From positions 18,106,001-18,166,000 of the forward strand of contig NC_058369.1 in the NCBI RefSeq assembly GCF_018350175.1: a DNA stretch of 60,000 nucleotides, read 5' to 3'. The notes under the pieces were generated by a model. The model was not told where the DNA came from and did not search any database. It saw only the letters and a list, made by a program, of their open reading frames with translations. Positions within the stretch are counted from its first letter, which is position 1. Every line of letters begins with the position of its first letter. Positions 1 to 12,799 of this stretch are shown here, in pieces. The stretch comes from Felis catus (taxonomy: Eukaryota). A program made the position numbers and the translations under genes.

Positions 1-670
1 CTCATATGTCATGAAATACATCCCACTGGCTGGAACATCTGTTAGCAGCAAGAAAGAGGTGAATTAAATGATATAAAATCCTCACAGATTTCTTGAATTT
101 AGAAGAGTCAAGCTTGGCACTGGCCCCTTCAAGGCTCCCTGGGAAGGTCCTCAGCAGCACTTCTTATCTGCATTAACTCCTGTGCAGTAATTAGATGCCA
201 CTTTGGGGCAAGCACTAGTGTGAGTGAGCACAAACATGCATGACAACATTTCATCTTCAAAGCCCCTTCTGAGTAGTCCCCACTGACATGCCCACTCCAA
301 GTTACAAGCACTGCTAGTCTCTGGCCTTCCTCCAAGCTACCATGTTAGGACAAGGATGAGGCTGTGTCTGCCTTTCCTACTGCCACCCCAGCAGAACATG
401 CCTCTCGAAACCATGGTGAGCCCCAGTGTCCTTAAGTCATTCTTTCCTCCCACTCATCCCTCCAGCCATGATTTCTACCTACTTTCCAGTTCCCCTGTAA
501 CTGCCACTGTCTTAATACATCCTTGAGGGCCAGCCTGCCAGAAGGATGTTGGTTCCCCCTGCCCCCATCCTCATTTGTGTCCATGCTGGCTGGGGTGAGA
601 CTGCCTAAAACCAGGGCACACCATGCCAGCCTTCTCAGCCATAAGTGTGGTTTGCATGGTGCCAAAGCTA

Positions 671-898
<228 letters not shown>

Positions 899-1659
899 TC
901 ATCAAAGTCAGCTGCAGCAACATCGAAGTCAATAGACTCAGCATGTTACAGAAGATTACAAGGTGAGTGTGGATGTGGTCATTAGGCATTAGACCAAGAA
1001 ACACTTCACTGTCAAACTGACGGTTATTTGGAAAATAGAATATTGGTGGAAGTCACTAGGAAATAAAGCTAAATAAAAATATCACAAAGTATGCATATAC
1101 TGACAAGAAAAAAAATCAACAGAAGAATTGGAAAATAAGTGGAGGAACCCTCAAATCCAAAAGCATTCCCAATAAAGCTAGTTGGAAGGTCTAGAAAGGA
1201 GACAAATACTTCAGTCATTCACTTATTCCTTCAACAAATATCCACTGAATACCAAACCCATTTCAAGCCCTCACTGATCAGGAAGCCTGGTTAAGGAAAG
1301 GTGAACAGGAAATGGCATTCAGAGTTCTAAGTCCTGGGATAGAAGTCCTATGCAGAGCCAGGGGAAGGCCAAGGAGAGGCCCCCATCCCAGCTTCAGGGA
1401 TCCAGAGCCTAAGAGTCAAGAGCATGAGAAAGGCAGGCTGGGGTAATCCCAGAAAAGATCCGAGAGAAAGATCCCCATGCAAGATCCATAGGAAGTACAG
1501 AGTCAAAGGGAATCAACACACAGAGGCATCAACCAAAGAATAATTAAAGCTGGAGAGTTCGGCTTTAACAGTCCCAAGGAGAAACACTTACAAAATAAAT
1601 ATAGAAGTCCAATAACTTTCTTTGTCTTTTTTTACGTTTATTCACTTTTAAAAAAAAAT

Positions 1660-2470
1660 TTTTTTTAACGTTTATTTATTTTTGAGACAGAGAGAGACAG
1701 AGCATGAACAGGGGAGGGGCACAGAGAGAGGGAGACACAGAATCTGAAACAGGCTCCAGGCTCTGAGCTGTCAGCACAGAGCCCGACGCGGGGCTCGAAC
1801 TCACGGACCATGAGATCATGACCTGAGCCGAGGTCGGATGTTTATTTACTTTTGAGAGGAAGAGAGGGAGAGAGAACGTGTGCCTATGAGTGTGCACGAG
1901 CAGGGGAGGGGCAGAGAGAGAGGGGGACAGAGGATCCAAAGCAGGCTCCACACTGACAGTAGCAAGCCTGAGCCTGATGCATGGCTTGAACTCACGAACC
2001 ATGAGATCAAGACCTGTGCCAAAGTCAGACACTCAACCGACACATATCCCAAGTCTAATAATTTTCTTACACACCAGCAATAACAAGTTGAAAATAATGG
2101 AAAATAATTCCATTCAAAATAGCAATAAAGGGGCACCAGGGTGACTCAGTCAGTTGAGTGCTGAACTCTTGATTTCGGCTCAGGTCATGATCCCAGGGTC
2201 ATGGGATCAAGCCCCACATCAGGTTCTGTGCTGAATGTGACACCTGCTTAAGATTCTCCCTCCCTTAGGGGCACCTGGGTGGCTCAGTCGGTTGAGCGTC
2301 CAACTTCGGCTCAGGTCATGATCTCACGGCTCATGAGTTCAAGCCCCACGTCAGGCTCTGTGCTGACAGCTCGGAGCCTGGAGCCTGCTTTGGATTCTGT
2401 GTCTCCCCCTCTCTCTGCCCCTGCCCCATTTATGTTGTGTCTCTCTCTCAAAAATAAATAAACGTTAAAA
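1660..2470. mobile_element. Cluster of four Can-SINEs (two minus, two plus), representative of about 50 further older Can-SINEs across 1660-46315 and 56490-59662
   Basis: tRNA-derived head gggg(c/t)(a/g)cctgggtggctcagt, CT/GA tract and AATAAA-rich tail; source of the recurring MAQSV..PTSAQVMIS ORFs. Confidence 0.93.
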
Positions 2471-2689
2471 ATTTTTCTAAAAATAACAAAATAGCAATAA
2501 GATATATGCATATCAAGCAGTAATAGGATTTGCATAAATAAAACTCTAAAATATCTCTGGGGGACATAAAAGAAGAAATGAATAAAAAGTCATAATTTCT
2601 GATTTATTGGAAAGATCAATTTTTCTAAAAATAATAAATTTAAAACAATGTCAATCAAGTATCAATGGCTTTTTAAAATACAACTTCCC

Positions 2690-4050
2690 CAAATGATCTG
2701 GGCACATGTAGGCCTGGAATGTCTGAGGAATAGCAAGGAGACCCATGTGACCAGAGGACACTGGAGCTGACTCACAGTGACCTGGGAGGCCAAAGAGGAT
2801 CAGTATGGAATTGACATATTACTATCAGAATCTTCTGTTTAGTGATGAAGGTGACCTGGGGCAATGTGACTGCAAATGGAGGGATGAGAAGGGATAGACT
2901 TGGCATCTGTTGAAAGCAAACTTGAACTATTCAACAGATGGGATATATACAGTGAGAAGGAGAGGAACCTAGCATGACTCCTGGGCTTTAGAGCTGAACA
3001 ACTAGAAGGATGGTGTTGCCACAACTGAGTTGCAGAAGGTTGTAGGTGGAGCAGTTACTGGGAAAGACCAGGAGTTCGTTTTTTGCACACAGTGACTCTA
3101 AGGTGCCTATTAGTGTCCAAATGGAAATGTTGGATAAACTAGTCTGGAGTTGAGGAAAAGGCTGAGTTGGAAATACAAACCAAAGAATCATCAGCATATA
3201 TATGGTGTTGAAAAATCATGAGAAAAGAAGAAATCATCAAGGAAATGTATGTAATAAGAATAAGCTCTGTGGAGCATGAACATTAAAAGATCAAGATGAT
3301 GATGAATCAACAAAGGAGACCAAGAAGACCAGCCAAGTAGGTCAGAGGAAAATCGGAAGAGAAGCCAAGTGAAGATAGCTCTCTTTAATAAGAGGAGGGA
3401 ATCAGCTGAGTCAAATTCTAATGATGGATCAAGAGAGACGAGGGCCAAGAACTGAACACTGGATTTAGTGCAAAGCTCACTGGTGACCTTGACAAAACTA
3501 TTTTGTTGGAGTTGTGAGGTAAAAGCCAGACTAAAGTGGGTTTAACAATTAGGGAAGAGGAGCTAGAGACAATGAGTAAAAAATACAAACAAAAAAACCC
3601 AAAAACTTCTCAAAGAGTTTTGACATAAGGGGGAGCAAAGACATGAAGCACAGAAATTGATGTGGGAAATAGAACTTTGTATTTTCAAGGTGAAAATACA
3701 AGCATGTTTATACTTTTACTGCTAATGAGAACAATCTAGTGGAGTGCAAAAATTAATGTTGAAGGAAAAGAAAGAAGAACTGTTGAAGTGAGGTCTACGG
3801 ATGGGTAAGAGGAGATAAGATCAAGCAAAGGCATGGGCCACCATCGGTGGAAACAAGCTGAGCAGCCGTGGATGTAGTAACAGGTGCCAAAAGGTGGATG
3901 GAGGTGGTGGAGGGCATCTGGTGAAGTCTTCTTCTGGTAGTTTCAGTTTTCTCAGTGAAATAGAAAGCCAAGTTATGTGCTGAGAGAGTGGAGATTTGAG
4001 AAGAGAGGAGAGGTATAAAGTAGTCACCCAGCAGGCAGAGGAGTGCAAGA
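2690..4050 (-). mobile_element. L2 LINE remnant
   Basis: Purine-rich degenerate sequence with L2-typical phrases (ctggatttag, ggtgaccttgac, gactcctggg). Confidence 0.7.
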
Positions 4051-6462
4051 GAAGAATACAGATAGAGATTGTCTCATCTAGGAGCAGAAAAGGACTTCAG
4101 GCACATTGGAAAAGGAAGAAGCCGTGATGGAAAAGACTGATGAACACGGTTACTGAAAATAAACATTTCCTTAGTTAAAATCAATATACAGACTTTGTTT
4201 CTAGGAAGTACTTTTCCCTATTCTTCCTGCTAAAGTGCAACAACAACAAAAAACCCTAGACGTTATTTTTATTTATTTTTTCAGTGCAGAAAAGGTGGTT
4301 TAATTAAAGCATGGGGACAGAACCCATGCGCAGAAAGAGCTGCCAAAAATCCTAGACGTTATTTAAAAATCTTTTTTCATGTTTTTTACTTATTTTTGAG
4401 AGAGAGAGAGAGACAGAGAGACAGAGAGACAGAGAGACAGAGTACGAGTAGGGGACGGGCAGAGTGACAGGGAGACACAGAATCCACAAAGCAGGTTCTA
4501 GGCTCTAAGCTGTCAGCACAGAGCCTGACGAGGGACTCGAACCCATGAACCACAAGATCATTACCTGAGCCAAAGTCGGACGCTTAACTGACTGAGCCAC
4601 CCAGGTGCCCCTAGACATTATTTTTAAAACAAACATGAGAAGAGTCTGAAAGTTTGAAGAAAAAGGAAGACTGGCTAGGGACCTTCGAACTTGAGTAATG
4701 ACATGGTGGTGAGTTCTTTGGATTTTCTTTTTGATATGTCTCCGACTTGAAGCTGAGGAAACTGGCAATCCAGGAACCCAAACAAACATAAACCAAAAAA
4801 AAAAAGCCTCAAGAAAAGCCTATGTTCTCTACACAAAGGACCAGGAAAGGGATAGCCTAGAAAGACAAAAATTTTTTAGGCAATAAACACTTTACTCCCA
4901 GCCATTCACCATAGGAAACAAAAAACAAAATATGGGCCTCACTCCTATCCACACCATCAAAGACCAAGTGGGGAGCTTAGACTTCCACCCTTGTAGGGCT
5001 GTAACAACATGCTGTCAGGGTGGAGTCAGAGAAGGCCAAGTAGGGAACTAGGACTTTCATCCCTGCCAGCCAGTAACAGCGCCCCTCTACGGGGTCAGTG
5101 GAGATGTTGGAACTCCCACACCCACCCAGCAGTAAAAAGAAGTGCCCCACCCTGCGATGCCAACAGAGGCTGAGTGGGGAACCTAGACTTCTACCCCCAC
5201 CTGGTAGTAACAAAGCAGCATCTTTCCCTTTCCTGATAAAAAGTCAGAGAAAGCCAGCTAAAAGATAAAGTTTAAATAAGATCCACAGTTGCAACGTAAT
5301 ATAGAAATATCCAGGTCCCAACTGAAAATCATTCATCATGCCCCAAACCTGGTAGATCTCAAACTGAAAGGAAAAAGACAAACAACAGATGACAATACCA
5401 AGGTAACAGAGCCATTATTATTATCTGACAAAGAAAGATTTGTTTTGTTTCTTTGTTTTTGTTTTTTTAATCTGCCAAAGATTTTATTTTATTTTTTTTT
5501 AATTTTTTAATGTTTATTTATTTATTTATTTATTTTTAACATTTATTTATTTTTGAGACAGAGAGAGACAGAGCATGAGCAGGGGAGGGTCAGAGAGAGA
5601 GGAAGACACAGAATCCGAAACAGGCTCCAGGCTCTGAGCTGTCAGCCCAGAGCCCGATGCGAGGCTCGAACTCACGGACCGCAAGATCATGACCTGAGCC
5701 GAAGTCAGACGCCCAACTGACTGAGCCACCCAAGCGCCCTGATGTTTATTTATTTTTGAGACAATGTGAGAGACAGAGTGTGAGCAGGGGAGGGGCAGAG
5801 AGAGAGGGAGATATAGAATCTGAAGCAGGCTCCAGGCTCTGAGCTGTCAGCCCAGAGCCTGACGTGGGGCTCAAACTCACAAACTGTGAGATGGTGACCT
5901 GAGCCGAAGTTGGATGCTTAACCCACTGAGCCACTCAGGCACCCCATCTGCCAAAGATTTTAAAGCAGCCATGGGGAAAAAAAAATCCTTCAGTAAGTAA
6001 TTATAAATATGCTTGAAACAGATGAAAATATAGAAAGCCACAGCACAGAAATAGAAGATATAAAGAAGAACTAAATGGAAACTGTATAATTGAAAAATGG
6101 AGGGGTACCTGGGTGGCTCAGTTGGTTAGGAGTCCAACTCTTTTTTTTTTTTTTTAAGTTTATTTATTTTGAGACAGACAGAGACAGCACGAGTGGTGGA
6201 GGGGCAGAGGGAGAAGGAGAATCCTGAGCAGGCTCTGCATAGTCAGTGCAGAGCCTGATGCGAGGCTCAAACCCACAAAACCATGAGATCATGACCTGAG
6301 CCAAAATCAAGAGTCACACACTCAACCAACTGAGCCACCCAAGCACCCCAGGAATCCAACTGTTGATCTCAGCTTAGGTCTTGATCTGAGGGTTGTGAGT
6401 TCAGGCCCCACATTGGGCTCCAAGCTGGGCATGGTGCCTCCTTAAAAATAATAAGAAGAAAA

Positions 6463-6503
6463 TACATACATACATACATACATACATACATACATACATA
6501 CAT
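6463..6503 (+). repeat. (TACA)n microsatellite
   Basis: About ten TACA units after a SINE tail. Confidence 0.95.
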
Positions 6504-9500
6504 AAATAATACAACTGAAAAAGAAAAGAAAAACACAACTGAAATAAAAAGTTCAATGGATGGCTTGCTCCAGAGCAGAACAGAAGAGAGAAAAAAATCA
6601 GTGAACTGGAAGATAAAACAATGGAAAACCCAATCTGAACAGAAATAAAACAGACTAAAACAGACTGAACGGAACTCAAGGATCTGTGTGACTATAATAA
6701 AACAATCTAATATTTGTGGCCTCAGGGTCCCAGAAGGAGAGGAGAAAATAGGATGGGACTGAAAATGTACTCGAAGAAATAACTACTAAGAAGTTCCCAA
6801 AATGTTCCCAATGTGGCAAAACATAAACATATAGATTCAACAAGCTAAGCAAATACTAAACAGAATAAACCCAAATAAATCCATGCAATGACACATCACA
6901 AATTAACTTCTGAAATCTAATGACAAAGAAAAAAAAAATCTTAAGAGCAGCCAGAGGAAAATGACGCTTTAGCTAAACAATTTGAATGACAGCAGAAACC
7001 AGGATGATAGAAACAAATGGCACAGTATCTTTCAGGTACTGAAAGAAAAGAATTGTCAACCCAGAATCCAATGTCTAGCAAAAATATCCTTCAGGAATAA
7101 AGGGGAAATCAGGCATTCTTAGATGAAGGAAAACTGAGAGAATGTCAACAAAACATGACCTACCCCAAAAGAATAGCTGCCCCAAAAGAATGGGAAGTTC
7201 TCTACACAGAAAAGAAACAATGAAAGAAGGAACTCTGAAACATCAGGGAAGGAAGGAAGAACACAGTAAGCAAAATTATGGGATAGAGATAAAAAGGCCA
7301 ATCTACCAAGAAGACACAGCAATTCAAAATGTGTATGTACCAAACAAAAAAAACCTACAAACTATGTATAGCAAAACTGATAGAATTGAAAGGAGAAACA
7401 AACAAACCCACAATTACAGTTGGAGATTTCAACTCCCTCTATCAACAAATTGGTAGAACAAAAAGACTGAAAATCACCAAGTATAAAGAAGAACTCAATA
7501 CTATCAACCAAGAGGATCTAATCGACATTTATAGAACACTCCACCAAATGACAACAGATTACACATTCTTTCAAGTGCCCATGGACATAAGCCAAGGACA
7601 TAAAACAAACCTCAAGAAATTTAAAAGATTTAAAATTTTTGTTTGCATTTATTTACTCATTTATTTTGAGAGAGAAAGAGAGGCAAAGAGAGAGAGAATC
7701 CCAAGCAGGCTCCATGCTGTCAGTGCAAAGCCCAACATGGGGCGCAAATTCACGAACTGTGAGATTATGACCTGAGCCAAAATCAAGAGTCAGATGCTTA
7801 ACCGACTGAGCCACACAGGCACCCCTAAAGGTTTTAAATAATACAGAATACATTCTCTGATCACAATGGACTAAAAACTAGAAATCAATAATCTCCAACA
7901 CTGTAAACCAAACAACACTCTTCTAAACAATTCAAAAAGGGGGCGCCTGGGTGGCTCAGTGGGTTAAGCGTCTGACTTCAGCTCAGGTCATGATCTCGAA
8001 GTTTGTGGGTTTGAGCCCTGTGTCGGGCTCTGTGCTGACATGACAGCTTGGAGCCTGGAGCCTGCTTCAGATTCTGTGTCTCCCTCTCTCTCTGCCCCTC
8101 CCCAGCTCACACTCTGTCTCTGTCTCTCTCAAAAATAAATAAACATTAGGAAATAATAATAATTCAAAAAGGAAGTCTCAAAGGAAATTAGAAAACACAC
8201 TAAACTGACTGGCAATTAAAATATATCTAACTTTGGGATGCCTGGCTGTCTCAGTCAGAAAAGCACGTGAGTGCTGATCTCAGTCAGGGTTGTGGGTTTG
8301 AGTCCCATGTTGGATACAGAGATTACTTAAATAAATAAACTTATATATATAAATAAGTTTGTAAGACATAGCTAAAGTGCTGCTGAAATGAAACCGTATA
8401 ACACTGACTGCATACATTAGAAAGGAGAAAAAGGCTCAAATCAACAATCTAATAAGCTCTCACCTCAAAAACCTCCCTAAGGGGCACCTGGATGGCTCAG
8501 TCAGCTAAGTGTTCCAACTGTGGCTCAGGTCATGATCTCACAGTTTGTGAGTTCAAGTCCTGCATTGGGCTCTCCACTGTCAGCGCACAGCCTGCTTCAT
8601 ATCCTCGGTCCCCCTGCTCCTTCTCTGCCCCTCCCCTGCTCATGCTCTCTCTTTCAAAAATAAACATTTGTAAAACAAAAACAAAGAAAAGCAAACTAAA
8701 CCTACAACAAGCAAAAGGAAGTAAATAATAAAGATACAAGCAGAAACCAATGAAATTGAAAACAGAAAAATAGAGGAAATCAGTACAACAAAAAACTATT
8801 TTCTTGAAAGGATCAAAAAAATTAACAAACCTCTAGTGAGGCTGACAAAAAAGAGAGAGAAGTCACAAATTACTAATATCAGGAATAAAACAGAAGATAC
8901 CACCACAGACCCTGTAGACATCAAAAGGATAATAAGGGAATACTACAAACAACTCTACACACAATTTAACAACATAGATGAGAAAACAAAAACATAAACT
9001 ACCACAATTTGCCCAACATGAAATAATTTGAATAGCCTTATAACTATTAAGAAAATTGAATTCATAATTTTAAAACTCTTCTCTCCCAAATCCATAATTC
9101 ATTATAAAATCCTAACAAAGGTTTAAAGAATTAACACCAATTCTACAATCTCTCTTAGAAAACAGAAAAGGGAGCACTTCCCAATTCATTTCATGAAATT
9201 AGTATTACCCTAATATCAAAACCGGATAAAACAATACAGGAAAAAAAATATGACAGACCTATATCTTTCATGATTGTACATGCAAAAATCTTTAACAAAA
9301 CATAAGCAAATAGAATTCAGCAACATATAAAAAGAATTATACACCATGTCAACTTGGTGGGTTTATTCTAGCAATGCAAAGTTGGTTCAATATTTGAAAA
9401 TTAATTGATGTAATCTACCATATTAACAAGTTAAAGAAAACTCACATGATCACATCAACCCATGCAGAAATAAAAAAAGTATTTGACAAAAGTCAATATC

Positions 9501-11484
9501 CATTCATGATAAAATTCTCAGAAAAAAGGGTAAAAGAAGGTAACTTCCTTAACCTCATAAAGAACATCTACAAAAAAAAAGTATATCTAACATATTTAAC
9601 AATGAAATAGTGAATACTTCCCTGTAAGATTGGGAAGAAGGCAAAAATGTCCATTCTCGTCATTCAACATAGTACTGGAAGTTCTAGCCAGTGAAATAAG
9701 GAAATAAAAGTTAAACATATCAGAAATGAAGAAATAAAACTGTCTCTATTTGCAAATGGCATGACTTTCTACATAGAAAATCTCACAGATTGTATAAAAA
9801 AAATAATCCTAGAACTAATAAGGGATTCAGGAAGGTCACAGGACATAAGATTAACATATAAAAATCAATTGTGTTTCTATGAGCTAGCTAAGAACATGTA
9901 GATAACAAAATTAAACTTACAGTACCATTCCCAATGCCATTTTTAAAAAGATTTTATTTTTAATCTCTGTACCTAACACTTGGGCTTGAACTCACAACCC
10001 TGAGATCAAGAGTCACATGCTCTACCAACTGAGCCAGCCAGGCACCCCTACAATGCCATTTTTGAAAGTCAAAAAAAGAGAGAAGACTTAAATGTAAATT
10101 TAAAGAAACATGTACAGGATTTAGATGCTTAAAAGTACACAGTACTGATGAAAGAAATTAAAGTTCTAAATAAATGGAGAGACATACCATGTCCATGGAT
10201 TGGAAGACTCAAAACAGTATCAATTTCATCCAAATTGACCTATAGATTTAACATATATCTCAGCAAAATTTTTCTCAATTTTCTATATTACCCTAAAGTT
10301 TATATGGAAATACAAAGCAATTAGAATAGCTAGAATAAGGTTGTTTTTTTTTTTTTTTAAGAATAAAGTGGGAGGGATCAGTCTACTCAATTTCAAGGCT
10401 TAGTACATGCCTATATTAATCAAGACTGTGTAGTATTAGTAAAAGGATAGACATATAGATCAATGGAAGGAAATACAGAACAAAGCAGTAGATCCACACA
10501 AATATGCCCAGTTGATTCTTTTTTAAGTTTATTATTTATTTGAGAGAGAGAGAGGGAGAGCATGAGCAGGGGAAGGGCAGAGAGAGAGAAAACAAAGGAT
10601 TCTAAGAAGGCTCCACACTGTCAGCGCAGAGCCTGATGTAGGGCTCAAACTTGTGAACCGTGAGATCATGACCTGAGCCGAAACCAAGAGTCAGACGCTT
10701 AACTGCATGAGCCCACCCAGGTGCTGCTATGCTGAGTTGATTTTTAACATAATGTAAACAATTCAGTGAAGTAAGATAAGTCTTTTCAACAAGTGGCACT
10801 GATGCAATTGGACAGCCATAGGCAAATTTTTGTACATTATATACAAATTCATTCAAAATGGGGTCACATACTTAAATGTAAAATGTTAAACTATAAACAG
10901 AATTCTTAGGGACACCTGGGTAGCTCAGGCAGTTAAGCGTCTGACTTCAGCTCAGGTCATGATCTCAGTTCATGAGTTCGAGCCCCGCATCAGGCTCTGT
11001 GCTTATAGCTCAGAGCCTGGAGCCTGCTTTGGATTCTGTGTCTCCTTCCCTCTCTGACCCTGCCCTTCTCCTGCTTTGTCTCTGTCTTTTGTTTCTAAAA
11101 AAAAAAAAAAAAAAAAAATAGAATACTTAGAAAAAAGCACAGAAGAAAATCTGGGATCTCAGGCTAGGTAAAGAGACCCAATGCCTCAAATACCTAAAGT
11201 CCAATCCATAAAAGAAAAATTAACAAACCCAACTTTATTAAAATTAAAAATGTTTGCTCAAGGGGTTCCTGGATGGCTCAGTCAGTTGAGCATCTGACTC
11301 TTGGTTTTGACTCAGGTCATGATCTTATGGTTCATGAGTTCGAGCCTTGCACCGGGCTCTGAGCCTGTGTGGGATTCTCTCTCTCCCCCTCTCTCTGCCC
11401 CTTCCCCACACAGAGAGGGAGCACAAAATAAACATTAAAAAGAAAATGTTTGCTCAAGATACTCTGTTAAGAGGATGAAAAGCC

Positions 11485-11516
<32 letters not shown>

Positions 11517-11588
11517 TGAAAAGCCAAACTATAAACTGAGAGAAAATATTTGCAAACCATGTATCTGTCAAACCACTAGTATCTATCT

Positions 11589-11645
11589 ATCACTTCTCGA
11601 CATTTTGGCTAAGATCAAGCATAGTATTTGTTCTTATTAGTTTAA
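11589..11645 (+). pseudogene. 3'-truncated U2 snRNA retropseudogene (U2 nt 1-57)
   Basis: ATCACTTCTCGACATTTTGGCTAAGATCAAGCATAGTATTTGTTCTTATTAGTTTAA is 50/57 identical to the U2 5' end by manual comparison; flanked by ~15-bp direct repeats. Confidence 0.92.
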
Positions 11646-11821
11646 ACCACTGATATCTAGAATAAAGGACTCTAAAAACTCAACAGTAAAGAGGCACCTG
11701 GGTGGCTTAGACGGTTCAGTGGTTGAGCTTCCGACTCTTAATTTTGGCTCAGGTCATGATCCCAGGATTGTGTGATCAAGCCCCACATTGGGCTCTGTGC
11801 TGAGCGAGAAGCCTGCTTAAG

Positions 11822-11823
<2 letters not shown>

Positions 11824-11876
<53 letters not shown>
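11824..11876 (+). repeat. (CT)n microsatellite within a Can-SINE
   Basis: Uninterrupted CT run of about 26 units. Confidence 0.95.
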
Positions 11877-11878
<2 letters not shown>

Positions 11879-12799
11879 TTGCCCCTCTCCCATGTTTGTT
11901 CTCTCTCTTTAAAAAAAAAAAAACAAAAAAAAAACCCTAAACATGCAACTACCATATGACTCAACAATTGTACTCCTGGGCATTTATCCCAGAGAAATGA
12001 AAACTTATTTTCTCAGCAAAACCTCTGAATACAAATGTTTATACCATCTTTATTCATAACAGCCCCAAACTGGAAACAACCCAGATGTCCTTCAATGGAT
12101 GAAAAGTTAAACACACCATGGACTATTAAAGAGAAATGAATAATTCATACATGCAACAATCTGGTGAATCTCCAGAAAATTATGTTGAGTTAAAAATGCC
12201 AATCCAGGGGCGCCTGGGTGGCTCAGTCAATTAAGCATCCGACTTTGGCCCAGGTCATCATTTCAGTTTGTGAGTTCAAGTCCCACGTTGGACTTGTTGC
12301 TGTCAGTCAGTGCAGAGCCTGCTTCAGATCCTGTCTGTGCCCCACCCCTCCCCACCCCCGGTGTGTCCTTCCCCCTCCCCCAAAAAAGAATTCATAATTA
12401 CAAAAAAAAATTGTTAAAGCCAATCCAAAAAGTTTACTTGAGAACTTTACTATAGTATGATTCCATTTATATAACATTCTTGAAATTATAAAATTATAGA
12501 AATGGAGTATAGACTCGTGGTTGCTGGGCCAGTTAAGAACTAGAGTGGGAGAAGGAAAATGGATGTGGCCATGGCAATGATGGAAATATTCTGTATCTTT
12601 ACCATATCAATATCAATATGCTGGATGTAATATTGTTCTAGGGTTTTACAAGATGTTACCTTTATGGGAAAACTGGATAAAGGGTACGTGTGATCTCTCT
12701 GTATTATTATTTTTCCCTTTACATTATTTTTTACAAGTGCACATACATCTATAATTATCTCAAAATAAAAAGCTTAACTAAAAAATACACAAAATTGGA

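Larger units (their letters stand above)
4190..12790 (+). mobile_element. Near full-length, decayed L1MC-type LINE-1, antisense in SLC25A20 intron 4, interrupted by many SINEs
   Basis: L1MC-like 5' end near 4190-5300, ORF1 remnants near 5950-7270, ORF2 endonuclease remnant (ORF 7329-7775, VGDFNSL motif), RT-region remnants near 8700-10900, and an L1MC1/2-like 3' end ending ATTATCTCAAAATAAAAAG. Confidence 0.85.

Noticed and set aside
2130..2200. tRNA-like A/B box sequences at SINE heads
   Set aside because: Can-SINEs are tRNA-derived; no complete cloverleaf tRNA gene seen
7142..7775. 148-aa and 104-aa ORFs
   Set aside because: Decayed L1 ORF1/ORF2 junction and endonuclease remnant running into a SINE; not an intact gene
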